Shown here: positions 23,315 to 31,990 of the stretch, piece after piece | How positions within the stretch are numbered: the first letter of the stretch is position 1 | Layout of the letters: each line of letters begins with the position of its first letter | DNA from: Paludibacteraceae bacterium | Lineage (GTDB): Bacteria > Bacteroidota > Bacteroidia > Bacteroidales > Paludibacteraceae | Length of the DNA: 32,000 nucleotides | Reading direction: 5' to 3' | Assembly (NCBI GenBank): GCA_963663245.1 | Contig: OY760143.1 | Location: forward strand, 858,455-890,454 | The notes under the pieces: generated by a model | What the model saw: only the letters and a program-made list of their open reading frames with translations | Database searches by the model: none | What the model was told of the DNA's origin: nothing | Program-made: the position numbers and the translations under genes

Positions 23315-24442
23315 ATGAAAAGTTTATTCACAAATAGAACTAGGTTTGGAGCTTTTGTAAAAAAAGAGTTTCTACATATTTTTCGAGATAAGAGAACCTT
23401 GGTAATCTTATTTGGAATTCCTTTGGTACAACTCATTCTTTTCGGATTTGCACTTAGAAATGAGGTGCGCAATGTTACTATTGGGATTGCTGATTTTTCT
23501 AATGATGAAATGACCCAGCAAATTATACAAAAGTTGGCATCTTCTCCGTATTTTATCCTTGCTGCTGTAGTAAGTAACCCAGCTGAATATGATGAGTTGT
23601 TATCTAGTGGAACAGTGAAAGAGATTGTTGTGTTTGAGAATGATTTTAGTAAAAAGTTTCAATCTAGTGGCAAAGCAAATATTCAGCTAATTGCTGATGC
23701 CTCTGAGCCTAATACAGCTCAATTAGTTGTCAACTATACAAGTGCAATTATTAATAGTTATTTGCAATCTAAGTCTGTTGTGAAAGAAAATCCTACATTA
23801 ATAAGCATAGAAACCCGTATGCTCTATAATGAAAACTTAAAGGATGCCTATAATTTTATTCCTGGTCTATTTGCAATGATATTGATGTTGATATCAGCTA
23901 TGATGACAGCAATAACAATTACAAGAGAAAAAGAAACCGGAACAATGGAAGTGTTAATGGCATCTCCACTTAACCCTTTGCAAATTATATTGGGTAAGGT
24001 GACACCTTATTTTATTTTGTCGATACTAAATGCCATTATGATTTTAGTTATTGGGACACAGTTTTTTGATGTACCAGTTAAAGGTAGTATGGTGTTGTTA
24101 ATGGCAGAAATACTTTTGTTTATATTCATGGCTCTTAGTTTAGGTATAATGATTTCTACTATGGTGGAAACACAGATGGTGGCAATGATTATCTCGGGCT
24201 TTGCATTAATGATGCCGACTATATTGTTGTCAGGTTTTATATTTCCAATTAAAAATATGCCAGAGTTACTACAACTATTGTCAAACTTGATGCCTCCACG
24301 TTGGTTTATTGAAATTAATAGGGGTATAATGTTGAAGGGTAGTGGGCTTACAATACTATGGCATCAAACGCTAATCTTAGTAGCTTTTTCTTTATTCTTT
24401 ATGGGTGTAAGTATACGTAAGTTTAAAATTAGATTAGAATAA
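23315..24442 (+). CDS. ABC-2 type transporter permease (YbhS/YbhR-like)
   Basis: 375 aa with an N-terminal TM, a large extracytoplasmic loop, then five C-terminal TMs. It has the ITREKETGTMEVL motif typical of ABC-2 permeases. Confidence 0.88.
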   Translation: MKSLFTNRTRFGAFVKKEFLHIFRDKRTLVILFGIPLVQLILFGFALRNEVRNVTIGIADFSNDEMTQQIIQKLASSPYFILAAVVSNPAEYDELLSSGTVKEIVVFENDFSKKFQSSGKANIQLIADASEPNTAQLVVNYTSAIINSYLQSKSVVKENPTLISIETRMLYNENLKDAYNFIPGLFAMILMLISAMMTAITITREKETGTMEVLMASPLNPLQIILGKVTPYFILSILNAIMILVIGTQFFDVPVKGSMVLLMAEILLFIFMALSLGIMISTMVETQMVAMIISGFALMMPTILLSGFIFPIKNMPELLQLLSNLMPPRWFIEINRGIMLKGSGLTILWHQTLILVAFSLFFMGVSIRKFKIRLE

Positions 24443-24462
24443 AACGTATTATTATTTAAAAA

Positions 24463-25575
24463 ATGAGAACCCTTCTTTATATATTACAAAAAGAGTTTTT
24501 GCAAATTTTCAGGAATAAAATCATGCTGCGAATCATGGTGATAATTCCTATTATTCAATTGTTGATTCTTGTGTATGCAGCAAGCTTTGAAGTAACGCGT
24601 ATTGATATGGCTATTGTAGATTCAGATCATTCAAGTTCTTCTGCTAGGCTTATTAATAAGATAAAGAATAATGCTCTTTTTCATGTTAATCACTATGTAG
24701 CTACCCAAGATGAGGCTGAAAATTTAATTCAAAGAAGTAAAATTGATATAGCTCTGTGTATACCTAAAGATTTTGAAAGGAAACTCATTAATTACAATCA
24801 GCCTGATGTACAGTTATTAGCTGATGCTATTGTTGGAAATTCAGCTCAATTAGGAGCAGCTTATCTGTCCAATATAATAATGGATTTTAATAAAGAGGTT
24901 TTAGTTGAAAGAATGGGAGGGTTGCCTAAGAATAATCAGATAAACATTGTACATAGTTTTTGGTATAATGTTGATTTGAATTATAAAATATATATGGCTC
25001 CAGGTATTTTGGTGGTGTTGCTTACAATTATCGGTATGATGTTGGGAGCTGCAAATTTAGTTCGAGAAAAAGAGTTGGGAACGATAGAGCAAATAAATGT
25101 TACACCAATTCAGAGATGGCAACTTTTATTAGGCAAATTAATTCCCTTTTTAGTGATTGCATTAGTTGAACTTGTGATAGGATTAACTTTGTCATATATT
25201 GTGTTTAATATGCCTATTCGGGGGAGTCTTTTATTATTATTTGGATCAGCAACTATCTATCTTATTTTAGTTCTCTCTTTGGGGTTGTTTATGTCTACTA
25301 TAAGTGAAACTCAACAACAAGTAACCTTTGCTAGTTTTTTCTTTTTGATGATATTTATCATGTTAAGTGGACTATTTACTCCTGTGAATAGTATGCCCGA
25401 TTGGGCTCAGAAAATAAATTGGTTTAACCCTTTGTATTACTTTATAAAAATTATGCGAGGTGTTATTCTGAAAGGAGCAAGCCTCGTAGATATATGGAAA
25501 GATTTTACAGCTCTAAGTGTTTTTTCTTTTTCAATGTTTACTTTGTCCGTTTTACGATACAAAAAAACAACATAA
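24463..25575 (+). CDS. ABC-2 type transporter permease (YbhS/YbhR-like, second subunit)
   Basis: 370 aa with the same architecture as the preceding gene and the motif LVREKELGTIEQI. Confidence 0.88.
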   Translation: MRTLLYILQKEFLQIFRNKIMLRIMVIIPIIQLLILVYAASFEVTRIDMAIVDSDHSSSSARLINKIKNNALFHVNHYVATQDEAENLIQRSKIDIALCIPKDFERKLINYNQPDVQLLADAIVGNSAQLGAAYLSNIIMDFNKEVLVERMGGLPKNNQINIVHSFWYNVDLNYKIYMAPGILVVLLTIIGMMLGAANLVREKELGTIEQINVTPIQRWQLLLGKLIPFLVIALVELVIGLTLSYIVFNMPIRGSLLLLFGSATIYLILVLSLGLFMSTISETQQQVTFASFFFLMIFIMLSGLFTPVNSMPDWAQKINWFNPLYYFIKIMRGVILKGASLVDIWKDFTALSVFSFSMFTLSVLRYKKTT

Positions 25576-25610
25576 AAAATCCCTCATCAAACTGATGAGG
25601 GATTTTTTTA
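25574..25610. terminator. Bidirectional rho-independent terminator
   Basis: Stem ATCCCTCATC (25579..25588) / GATGAGGGAT (25594..25603), flanked by A6 and T7. It lies between the convergent ABC-2 permease (+) and OmpA-family (-) genes. Confidence 0.85.
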
Positions 25611-25612
25611 AT

Positions 25613-26359
25613 CTATTTTACTGTATCGTTTGCTTGTTTAATGTAAGACTCTTCTAGAATATAGACTTCTGTTCTTCTATTCATTTGTCTTCCTTGTTTT
25701 GTCTCATTTGTAGAGATAGGTCTTGTTAGACCGTAACCGACAGGTTTTAATCTATTTGCTTTAATTCCTTTTTTTACTAAGTAGTTTTTTACAGCGTTTG
25801 CTCTGTTTTGAGACAACACTTGATTTGGTTTAATACCACCAACATTATCAGTATGACCAGCAATTTCAATAACAATATTAGGTTTGTCATTTAAGAATCC
25901 AACTAGTTCATTTAGCATGTCAAATGATTCTCCTCGAATTGTTGCTTTATTAGTATCGAAGTAAACTCTGTCTAAACGTATTGTTCTTGGAGGTTCATAT
26001 TTAAAGGTGTAGTTTATAGTAATAAACTCAGGTTCTGATGGAACTTTGAAGCTACGCATCATAGTGTCTTTTCCTAAAACAGTCACAACTATATTGTATG
26101 CTTTTCCTTTTGGTATTAATACGTCAAATCGACCAATGTCATCAGATGTTCCGCCATATGATTCTTTGGTTGAATCGTTAACAAAGCTAACTTTATCTCC
26201 TTTACTAGGAACTCCATCAAGTGTAGTTACTAATACTTGTAATAGAGCCATTGTTTCTGTTGGTTCCATTCCATTGCGTGAAGCGTGTATGGGTGCTTGT
26301 GCATTTGCTGAGTATAAACCAGCAGCAAATAAAAGTATAGTGATAATTATTTTTCTCAT
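25613..26359 (-). CDS. OmpA-family protein with N-terminal beta-sandwich (carboxypeptidase-regulatory-like) domain
   Basis: 248 aa with a signal peptide. The N-terminal domain pattern is LLQVLVTTLDGVPSKGDKVSFV...DDIGRFDVLIPKGKAYNIVV. The C-terminal OmpA_C-like motif is GHTDNVGG...NQVLSQNRANAVKNYL...GRQMNRRTEV. Confidence 0.88.
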   Translation of the reverse strand: MRKIIITILLFAAGLYSANAQAPIHASRNGMEPTETMALLQVLVTTLDGVPSKGDKVSFVNDSTKESYGGTSDDIGRFDVLIPKGKAYNIVVTVLGKDTMMRSFKVPSEPEFITINYTFKYEPPRTIRLDRVYFDTNKATIRGESFDMLNELVGFLNDKPNIVIEIAGHTDNVGGIKPNQVLSQNRANAVKNYLVKKGIKANRLKPVGYGLTRPISTNETKQGRQMNRRTEVYILEESYIKQANDTVK

Positions 26360-26402
26360 GATTGCGATGGTATTAATATATTTTTAATTGTGTGCTATTT
26401 GA

Positions 26403-27152
26403 TTAATCATATAACATACGAACCTCAGTACGTCTATTTTTTTGTCTTCCTTCTTTTGTGTTGTTTGTATCTATAGGTCTAGAATATCCAAATCCAATAG
26501 GAGTAAGGCGGTTTGCTGTTATACCACGATCTATTAGATAGTTTTTAACTGATTCGGCTCTGCCTTGAGATAGTTTTAAATTATACTCTTCTCCACCTAC
26601 ATTATCTGTATGTCCATAGATTTCCATCTCTACCTCTGGTTTTAATAACAATAATTCACCTAAATCGTTCAATGAAGGGAAAGATTCTGGGCGTAATGTA
26701 GCTTTTCCAGTGTCATAGTATACATTTTCAAGAATGATAGTTCGAGCAGGGCTATAGCTAATTTCGTAATTGTAAATACGAAGATTAGCTGAATCTAACG
26801 GAATTGCTAATAAGCGAATAATAGAATCTCTTCCAAGTGATTTAATTCGTACTTCTAAAGTATCTCCTTCTCGTAATAATAAATCAAATAAACCATCTTT
26901 GTCTGGTCTTTTTGCATATCTTTTTTCATCAATCTTACTCATTAAGTGAATTACATCGTACGACTGAGGATTGCCACTAGGGTCTGTTACAATAAAGTGA
27001 AATAAAGCCATAGAATCATTTGGCTCAAGTATTACAGGAGCACTGTGTAGGCTTTCTAATTGTAGGTCGTCAACATTGTCTTGTAAGGCCGATTGAGCAA
27101 ATAGAATAAACGATGGAATAACAAGAAGTAATAATAAAGTAAGCTTTTTCAT
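26403..27152 (-). CDS. OmpA-family protein, tandem paralogue of the downstream gene
   Basis: 249 aa with the same architecture. It contains GHTDNVGGEEYNLKLSQGRAESVKNYL...GRQKNRRTEV. Confidence 0.88.
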   Translation of the reverse strand: MKKLTLLLLLVIPSFILFAQSALQDNVDDLQLESLHSAPVILEPNDSMALFHFIVTDPSGNPQSYDVIHLMSKIDEKRYAKRPDKDGLFDLLLREGDTLEVRIKSLGRDSIIRLLAIPLDSANLRIYNYEISYSPARTIILENVYYDTGKATLRPESFPSLNDLGELLLLKPEVEMEIYGHTDNVGGEEYNLKLSQGRAESVKNYLIDRGITANRLTPIGFGYSRPIDTNNTKEGRQKNRRTEVRMLYD

Positions 27153-27321
27153 GTTGGTATAATTTTGATAGATATGATGAACGTTCTTCTTGTTGCAATA
27201 ATCTCGCCATAGCTAAAAGAAGAAAGGCGCTTACAAAAATAGAAGAATTATCGGGAAAAAGGGTGTGGAAGGTTTATTTTTAATGGATTTGTTGTTGTAG
27301 AACATTTATCTGCATTCTATA

Positions 27322-28533
27322 CTACACCTTTAGTTCTTCTCCTTCACTTTTAGCTATTACTACAGCACCGCAGCTATCACTCCATACATTAACAGAAGTA
27401 CGAAACATATCGAGAATACGGTCAACCGCTAGGATAAGCCCTATTCCTTCTAATGGAATACCCATAGCTGTAAGAACAACATATATCATTACCAGTCCAG
27501 CCATAGGAATGCCAGCAGCACCAATGGAAGCTAGTAGGCCAGTAAGTACTCCTATTATCTGCTCAGGAATAGTAAGTTCAATCCCATAAGCTTGTGCTAT
27601 AAACATAGCAGCTACTAGTTCATATAAGGCAGTGCCATCCATATTAACGGTAGCTCCTAGAGGCAAAGTGAAACTACTTACAGAGCTTGAAACACCTGAA
27701 TTTTTCTCTACAGATGACATGGTTATGGGTAGTGTAGCACTACTTGAGGAAGTGGAAAAGGCTGTAAGCAATGCAGAGCGCATAGCTTTTATATGTTTCA
27801 GAGGGTTAACTTTTCCTATCACTTTAAGAATAAGCGGTAAAGATATAAAAGCATGAAATGATAGAGCAATTATAACGACCATCATATACAGCCCTAAACG
27901 AGAAAATAGTTCATTTAAATTTGTTGTCTCAGCTATTTGTTTGGCAATAATTCCAAAGATTCCTAATGGCGTTAGTTTAATAATAAACATCGTAATTTGC
28001 ATCATTAAATCAAAGCCAGCATTAAAGAAGTTGGTGAGTATTAGTTTATTTTTATCTGCAATTTTTGAGATAAAGAAGCCAATTAATAAAGCAAAGAAAA
28101 TAATGGATAGCATATAATTGTTTACCATTGCTGCAAAAATATTTTCAGGAACAATATTAAGTAGCATTTCACCAAAAGACTCTTTGGCTATAGATAGCCC
28201 TTTTACTTCTTCTATAAATCCTAAGTCAGCACCTTTGCCAGGTTGAAATAAGTTAACGAAGAATAGTCCTGTAAGTAATGCAAGTATGCTTGTGCTTAAA
28301 TAGTAGCTAATAGTTTTAAACCCTAAACGTCCTAAGTTATTAGCATTTCCAATATTTGTTATACCTGATACTATAGAGGTAAATACTAAAGGAATAATAA
28401 GCATCTTTAATGCTTTGAGAAAGAGTATTCCCATCCATGAAACATAGGATACATATTCTTTAAAGAAAATGCCAAATAGAATAGCGAGTATAAATGCTGT
28501 TAATATTTGCCAATGTAGGGCGAACTTTTTCAT
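27322..28533 (-). CDS. Dicarboxylate/amino acid:cation symporter (DAACS family; GltP/SstT-like)
   Basis: 403 aa polytopic protein with the hallmark motifs FSTSSSSATLPIT and GATVNMDGTALYE. Confidence 0.9.
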   Translation of the reverse strand: MKKFALHWQILTAFILAILFGIFFKEYVSYVSWMGILFLKALKMLIIPLVFTSIVSGITNIGNANNLGRLGFKTISYYLSTSILALLTGLFFVNLFQPGKGADLGFIEEVKGLSIAKESFGEMLLNIVPENIFAAMVNNYMLSIIFFALLIGFFISKIADKNKLILTNFFNAGFDLMMQITMFIIKLTPLGIFGIIAKQIAETTNLNELFSRLGLYMMVVIIALSFHAFISLPLILKVIGKVNPLKHIKAMRSALLTAFSTSSSSATLPITMSSVEKNSGVSSSVSSFTLPLGATVNMDGTALYELVAAMFIAQAYGIELTIPEQIIGVLTGLLASIGAAGIPMAGLVMIYVVLTAMGIPLEGIGLILAVDRILDMFRTSVNVWSDSCGAVVIAKSEGEELKV

Positions 28534-28578
28534 GGTGTAAATGTAATGGTTAATTTTTACGACCGTCTAATGTGTTTT

Positions 28579-29478
28579 TTACAATTCTAAACTAGGTAAC
28601 ACAAAAGATTTTGTGTTAGGGTGTAGTCTTATCCAAAGGCCTGGGTTTGTGTTTAATTGTAGCATAGCTTCCTCTTTATTTGAACTTATGCCAGTATTAA
28701 GCACATTTGCATATGTTTGAACTTTAGCAGGAGCAGAATCTGCATCTACCACAGACTGAACAACTTTTTTAGCTTGTAATATTGCCGCTGGTCCTAGTGT
28801 GATAATATACTTAGCAGATCGACATTCCTTCTCATCACTTTCACTCACAAGGCTTCCACCAGCTTTGAACTTGCTAATATGATGTTCCAAAATACTGCTG
28901 GAAATTGGAATTATACCCGCAATATTATGATTTTGTGCACCAGAGAATGGCTTAATATAGGCAAGGTGTGATGCTTGATTATCTTCTGGACCATGTCCAA
29001 TAAAGAATATATCTAAACCTCCTAGTTTCTCTAATTTGGTTAAGTATGCTATAAGTCCAGACTCAATATCTTCAGTGTCTGTTCTCATTGGAGTGAAGCT
29101 TTTTATTTTGTCAAAAAACTGACTGCCTAAAATACGCTCAAAATCTCTAACAAAACTTAATCCGTTATTCATGCCCATAGGAGCAAGGGCGTCTTGAGTA
29201 AATACGTTTAGTCTAGCTAGTAGCTTATCCTGTTCTGTTGTTTTAGCCAATTCTCCTAGTAAGCGATGTAACTCCTGAGCCCCTCTACCGCCAAGAAGGG
29301 CAATGTTAATATCGCCTTCTTTTGATGATGCCGTGCTGTAAAGTTCGTTTAGCATTGCCTGACCGACCTCAGCTTCGTTGTTAAGGATAGTAGGTGTTAT
29401 GCCATAATCCGTAAAACTAAATTCTTGATTGTTTTTATGAGACAGCCAGATGTTATTGTTGTTTTCATTTTTTGTCAT
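28579..29478 (-). CDS. Divergent NagB/6-phosphogluconolactonase-fold (Glucosamine_iso-like) protein, substrate unknown
   Basis: 299 aa. The segments INIALLGGRGAQELHRLL, VFTQDALAPMG...SFVRDFERILGSQFFDKI, DIFFIGHGPEDNQASHLAYIKP and YIITLGPAAILQAKKVV line up by eye with the GGxTP, F-x-DE-Y/R, GxGxDGH-x-AS/FNEP and T-x-G regions of NagB/Pgl. The DE and the central His are not conserved. Confidence 0.6.
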   Translation of the reverse strand: MTKNENNNNIWLSHKNNQEFSFTDYGITPTILNNEAEVGQAMLNELYSTASSKEGDINIALLGGRGAQELHRLLGELAKTTEQDKLLARLNVFTQDALAPMGMNNGLSFVRDFERILGSQFFDKIKSFTPMRTDTEDIESGLIAYLTKLEKLGGLDIFFIGHGPEDNQASHLAYIKPFSGAQNHNIAGIIPISSSILEHHISKFKAGGSLVSESDEKECRSAKYIITLGPAAILQAKKVVQSVVDADSAPAKVQTYANVLNTGISSNKEEAMLQLNTNPGLWIRLHPNTKSFVLPSLEL

Positions 29479-29498
29479 AATTGTTATCCTTTTCTTTT

Positions 29499-29538
29499 AA
29501 AAAATTAAAGCTCTAAATATTATTATTTAGAGCTTTAA
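29499..29538 (-). terminator. Rho-independent terminator hairpin on the minus strand, 20 nt upstream of the next start codon
   Basis: Minus strand reads TTAAAGCTCTAAATA-ATAA-TATTTAGAGCTTTAA (15-bp stem, 29505..29538) followed directly by TTTTTT (29499..29504). The ATG of the NagB-like gene is at 29478. Confidence 0.7.
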
Positions 29539-29737
29539 AGGTTATTGTGGAGCTGACGGGAGAAAGCTTAACTTTCTGGATGCTCCAATATGTCGTATTT
29601 ACAGGGTTTTTTGCTGAATTTAAACAAGTGAAAAAACAAGTGCTACTATTCAATATGTTGCACAAAACTGCTTTGTTTTGCTCGGTGTAAATGTAATAAT
29701 ATTTATTTGTAATTAGCCTTTCTTTTAAAGTCACTAA

Positions 29738-31990
29738 TTAATGTTTTATTAATTTTATTTTTTTGCTTTTTTCTTCTTGAGTAATATTTAGAAGATAAAG
29801 TCCCGTAGGTAATTCACTAACATTAATTGCATAGTTGGATGTATTAATCTTTTGTTGTAATACGCGTCCGTTAATATCATAAATTGAGTAATTGAATTTT
29901 CCATTTATCCCTTTAACAAAAACTTCATTGTTGGCAGGATTAGGAAATACACTGATTTTTGTTAAATCTTCATTTTCATTTATTTGATTAGGAATAGATG
30001 CTGGATCGTTTAGTGTATAGATAAATCCTTGGATTCCTCCGGAAATTGTATTGTAACTACCACCAACCCACATTGTCTCGTTGTTTAATAATGCTATGGT
30101 TTTAGCGTTACTTAATTTACCAATTTCATCTCCTTCAAAATAAGTGAATACAGTATCTCCATTCAAATCAAGTGCTGTGATTAGAACATCTGAACTGCCA
30201 TCTGGGTTAATGTTTGCTCCTGCCAAATACAAGTGGTCTTTATAGTGATTCAACTTTAAATCATATGGAGTTGTATTTGAATATAGTACCGTATCTTCAA
30301 TATATGTCCAATTAGTTGAACCATTTATTGGCGATAACTTATATACAATGCTAGAATTATTGGTAGTTCCTGAAACATAAAGATTATTAGATGCATCAGA
30401 AATCACATTGTATAGTGTACCATTAGGTTGGTAAGTTTGTTCCCAAATTGAGGACATTCCATTGGTATTTAGGGCAGTAATCAATTGATTATTGTTTTGA
30501 TCATTTCCAACTAAAAACAAGGAATCTCCTAATATATGTAAGCAATGGTAATTTCGTGATGAAGCAAAAGTATAAGCTGATGATTTGACTAAGGTGTATT
30601 TATTTATTGAAAAAAGATTATTTGTTCCAGCTACAAGTAAATTTCCTGCACCATCATCAATAATAGTGTTTAATTTCCCTTCATAATCAAGGTTGGAATT
30701 ACTTACTTCTAATAAGTATGCGCTAGAGAAACTTCCATTCCATTTTTGATAGTAGTTAGAGTCGTTGTTACAATAGAATATAAATACATCATTGTTATCA
30801 ACTTCTAATTCAAAAGGAAATACATTATTGTTTACAAATTCTATAGAATCCTTTTCTAGTATGTCACCATCATCCATATCTAATTTATGAATAAATAACT
30901 TTTTAGTTTTATCAGTATAATAAGGTGGTGTATTATCTAGAGTAGGCATATAGCTTGTGCAATAAATACTACTATCTTTTATTTTCATTTGACCTGCTAT
31001 AATCACACTATTACTTGAAATCTTTTGGGCCCATTGTAATTTGTTATTGAAATCGTATTGATCAATAACGATAGCATTTCCTTCTTGTTTTAGAACAATT
31101 GTTGTACTATCATTTCTAATAATATCTACAGTGCTAGAAGGATATTGGTATCCTCCTGCTAAGTGTTTTTTATTGGTAAGATCTCCGCTTTGAGTGTCAA
31201 TTTGGGTGTAGTATGGCTTTCTTTTTGAAGTTGCTGTGTCTTCTAAATGCCCTAAAACAATTGCTTTATTTCCAAAAACGGTACATACTCTTCCGTCACT
31301 ATAATTATCATTTTTTGTTGAATCTTCAGTTATTGTAAGCTCAAATACTTTATCTCCACTTACACCATCAACCTTCATGATTCCCCAAGAAGCTGGCCCC
31401 GAGTTAGAACTACCGTAATAACCTGTTTGGTATACATCTCCAGAACAATCTACATCAATTGATAATGCTGATGCGCCACCTCCAGTATAACCAAAAGGAG
31501 TCACATTTGATGACGAATACATATCTTTTTGGCCTGTTAATTTATCAACGCTTGCCGTTCTAAAAGCATAGGATCCTCCACCCACCAAAGTGTGTTGGCT
31601 GGTAGCATAAATCTTCTCATGTTTATCAATAAAATCAATTATTCTGTGAGAGCTTGAAGCAACGACTGTTATCCACTCACTAAGTCCAATCTGACTATTT
31701 ACTTTAGCTATGACTGCAGCTCCAGTTCCGAAAGAATAATATTTATTTCCAAGTAAATATAAATTATCATATTGGTCTAGATATATGTTTTTGATAATAA
31801 TCGGATTATCATCATCATCAGGAAATGTTTTGCTCCATATCAATTGATCTAGATCAGTTAAATTGAACTTCGTTACGGTATTCCCTCTCGAGAAAAAGAT
31901 ATTCTTGCTGTCATCTACAGCAATATCTACATACGATGATTCATTATCAATTGCTTTTGTGAAAATTGTATCTCCGTTTATTTTGCTCAT
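29738..31990 (-). CDS. T9SS-secreted protein with SBBP-like beta-propeller repeats and C-terminal sorting domain (N-terminus probably beyond the window)
   Basis: 750 aa listed. The C-terminus KISVFPNPANNEVFVKGINGKFNYSIYDINGRVLQQ...LPTGLYLLNI is a typical Por/T9SS CTD. The body has recurring motifs such as NLYVSGTTNN, DVYQTGYYGSS, HLYLAGANINPDGSSDVLITALDLNGD and NQLITALNTNGMSSIWEQTY. The frame stays open from 31990 to the window end (codons ATA GCT TTA before the ATG), and the listed N-terminus has no signal peptide. Confidence 0.8.
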   Translation of the reverse strand: MSKINGDTIFTKAIDNESSYVDIAVDDSKNIFFSRGNTVTKFNLTDLDQLIWSKTFPDDDDNPIIIKNIYLDQYDNLYLLGNKYYSFGTGAAVIAKVNSQIGLSEWITVVASSSHRIIDFIDKHEKIYATSQHTLVGGGSYAFRTASVDKLTGQKDMYSSSNVTPFGYTGGGASALSIDVDCSGDVYQTGYYGSSNSGPASWGIMKVDGVSGDKVFELTITEDSTKNDNYSDGRVCTVFGNKAIVLGHLEDTATSKRKPYYTQIDTQSGDLTNKKHLAGGYQYPSSTVDIIRNDSTTIVLKQEGNAIVIDQYDFNNKLQWAQKISSNSVIIAGQMKIKDSSIYCTSYMPTLDNTPPYYTDKTKKLFIHKLDMDDGDILEKDSIEFVNNNVFPFELEVDNNDVFIFYCNNDSNYYQKWNGSFSSAYLLEVSNSNLDYEGKLNTIIDDGAGNLLVAGTNNLFSINKYTLVKSSAYTFASSRNYHCLHILGDSLFLVGNDQNNNQLITALNTNGMSSIWEQTYQPNGTLYNVISDASNNLYVSGTTNNSSIVYKLSPINGSTNWTYIEDTVLYSNTTPYDLKLNHYKDHLYLAGANINPDGSSDVLITALDLNGDTVFTYFEGDEIGKLSNAKTIALLNNETMWVGGSYNTISGGIQGFIYTLNDPASIPNQINENEDLTKISVFPNPANNEVFVKGINGKFNYSIYDINGRVLQQKINTSNYAINVSELPTGLYLLNITQEEKSKKIKLIKH

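Noticed and set aside
23167-23472. Minus-strand ORF of 101 aa
   Set aside because: It is antisense across the ATPase 2 / permease 1 junction and has no motifs.
26046-26387. Plus-strand ORF of 113 aa
   Set aside because: It is antisense to the OmpA-family gene, which has an unambiguous OmpA_C motif in the minus frame.
27632-27856. Plus-strand ORF of 74 aa
   Set aside because: It is antisense to the DAACS transporter gene.
29513-29734. Minus-strand ORF of 73 aa filling the intergenic region (MTLKERLITNKYYYIYTEQNK...)
   Set aside because: It has no motif and an odd composition, and it would read straight through the nested helix and the terminator hairpin. I interpret the region as non-coding leader or terminator RNA instead, though a small protein cannot be formally excluded.
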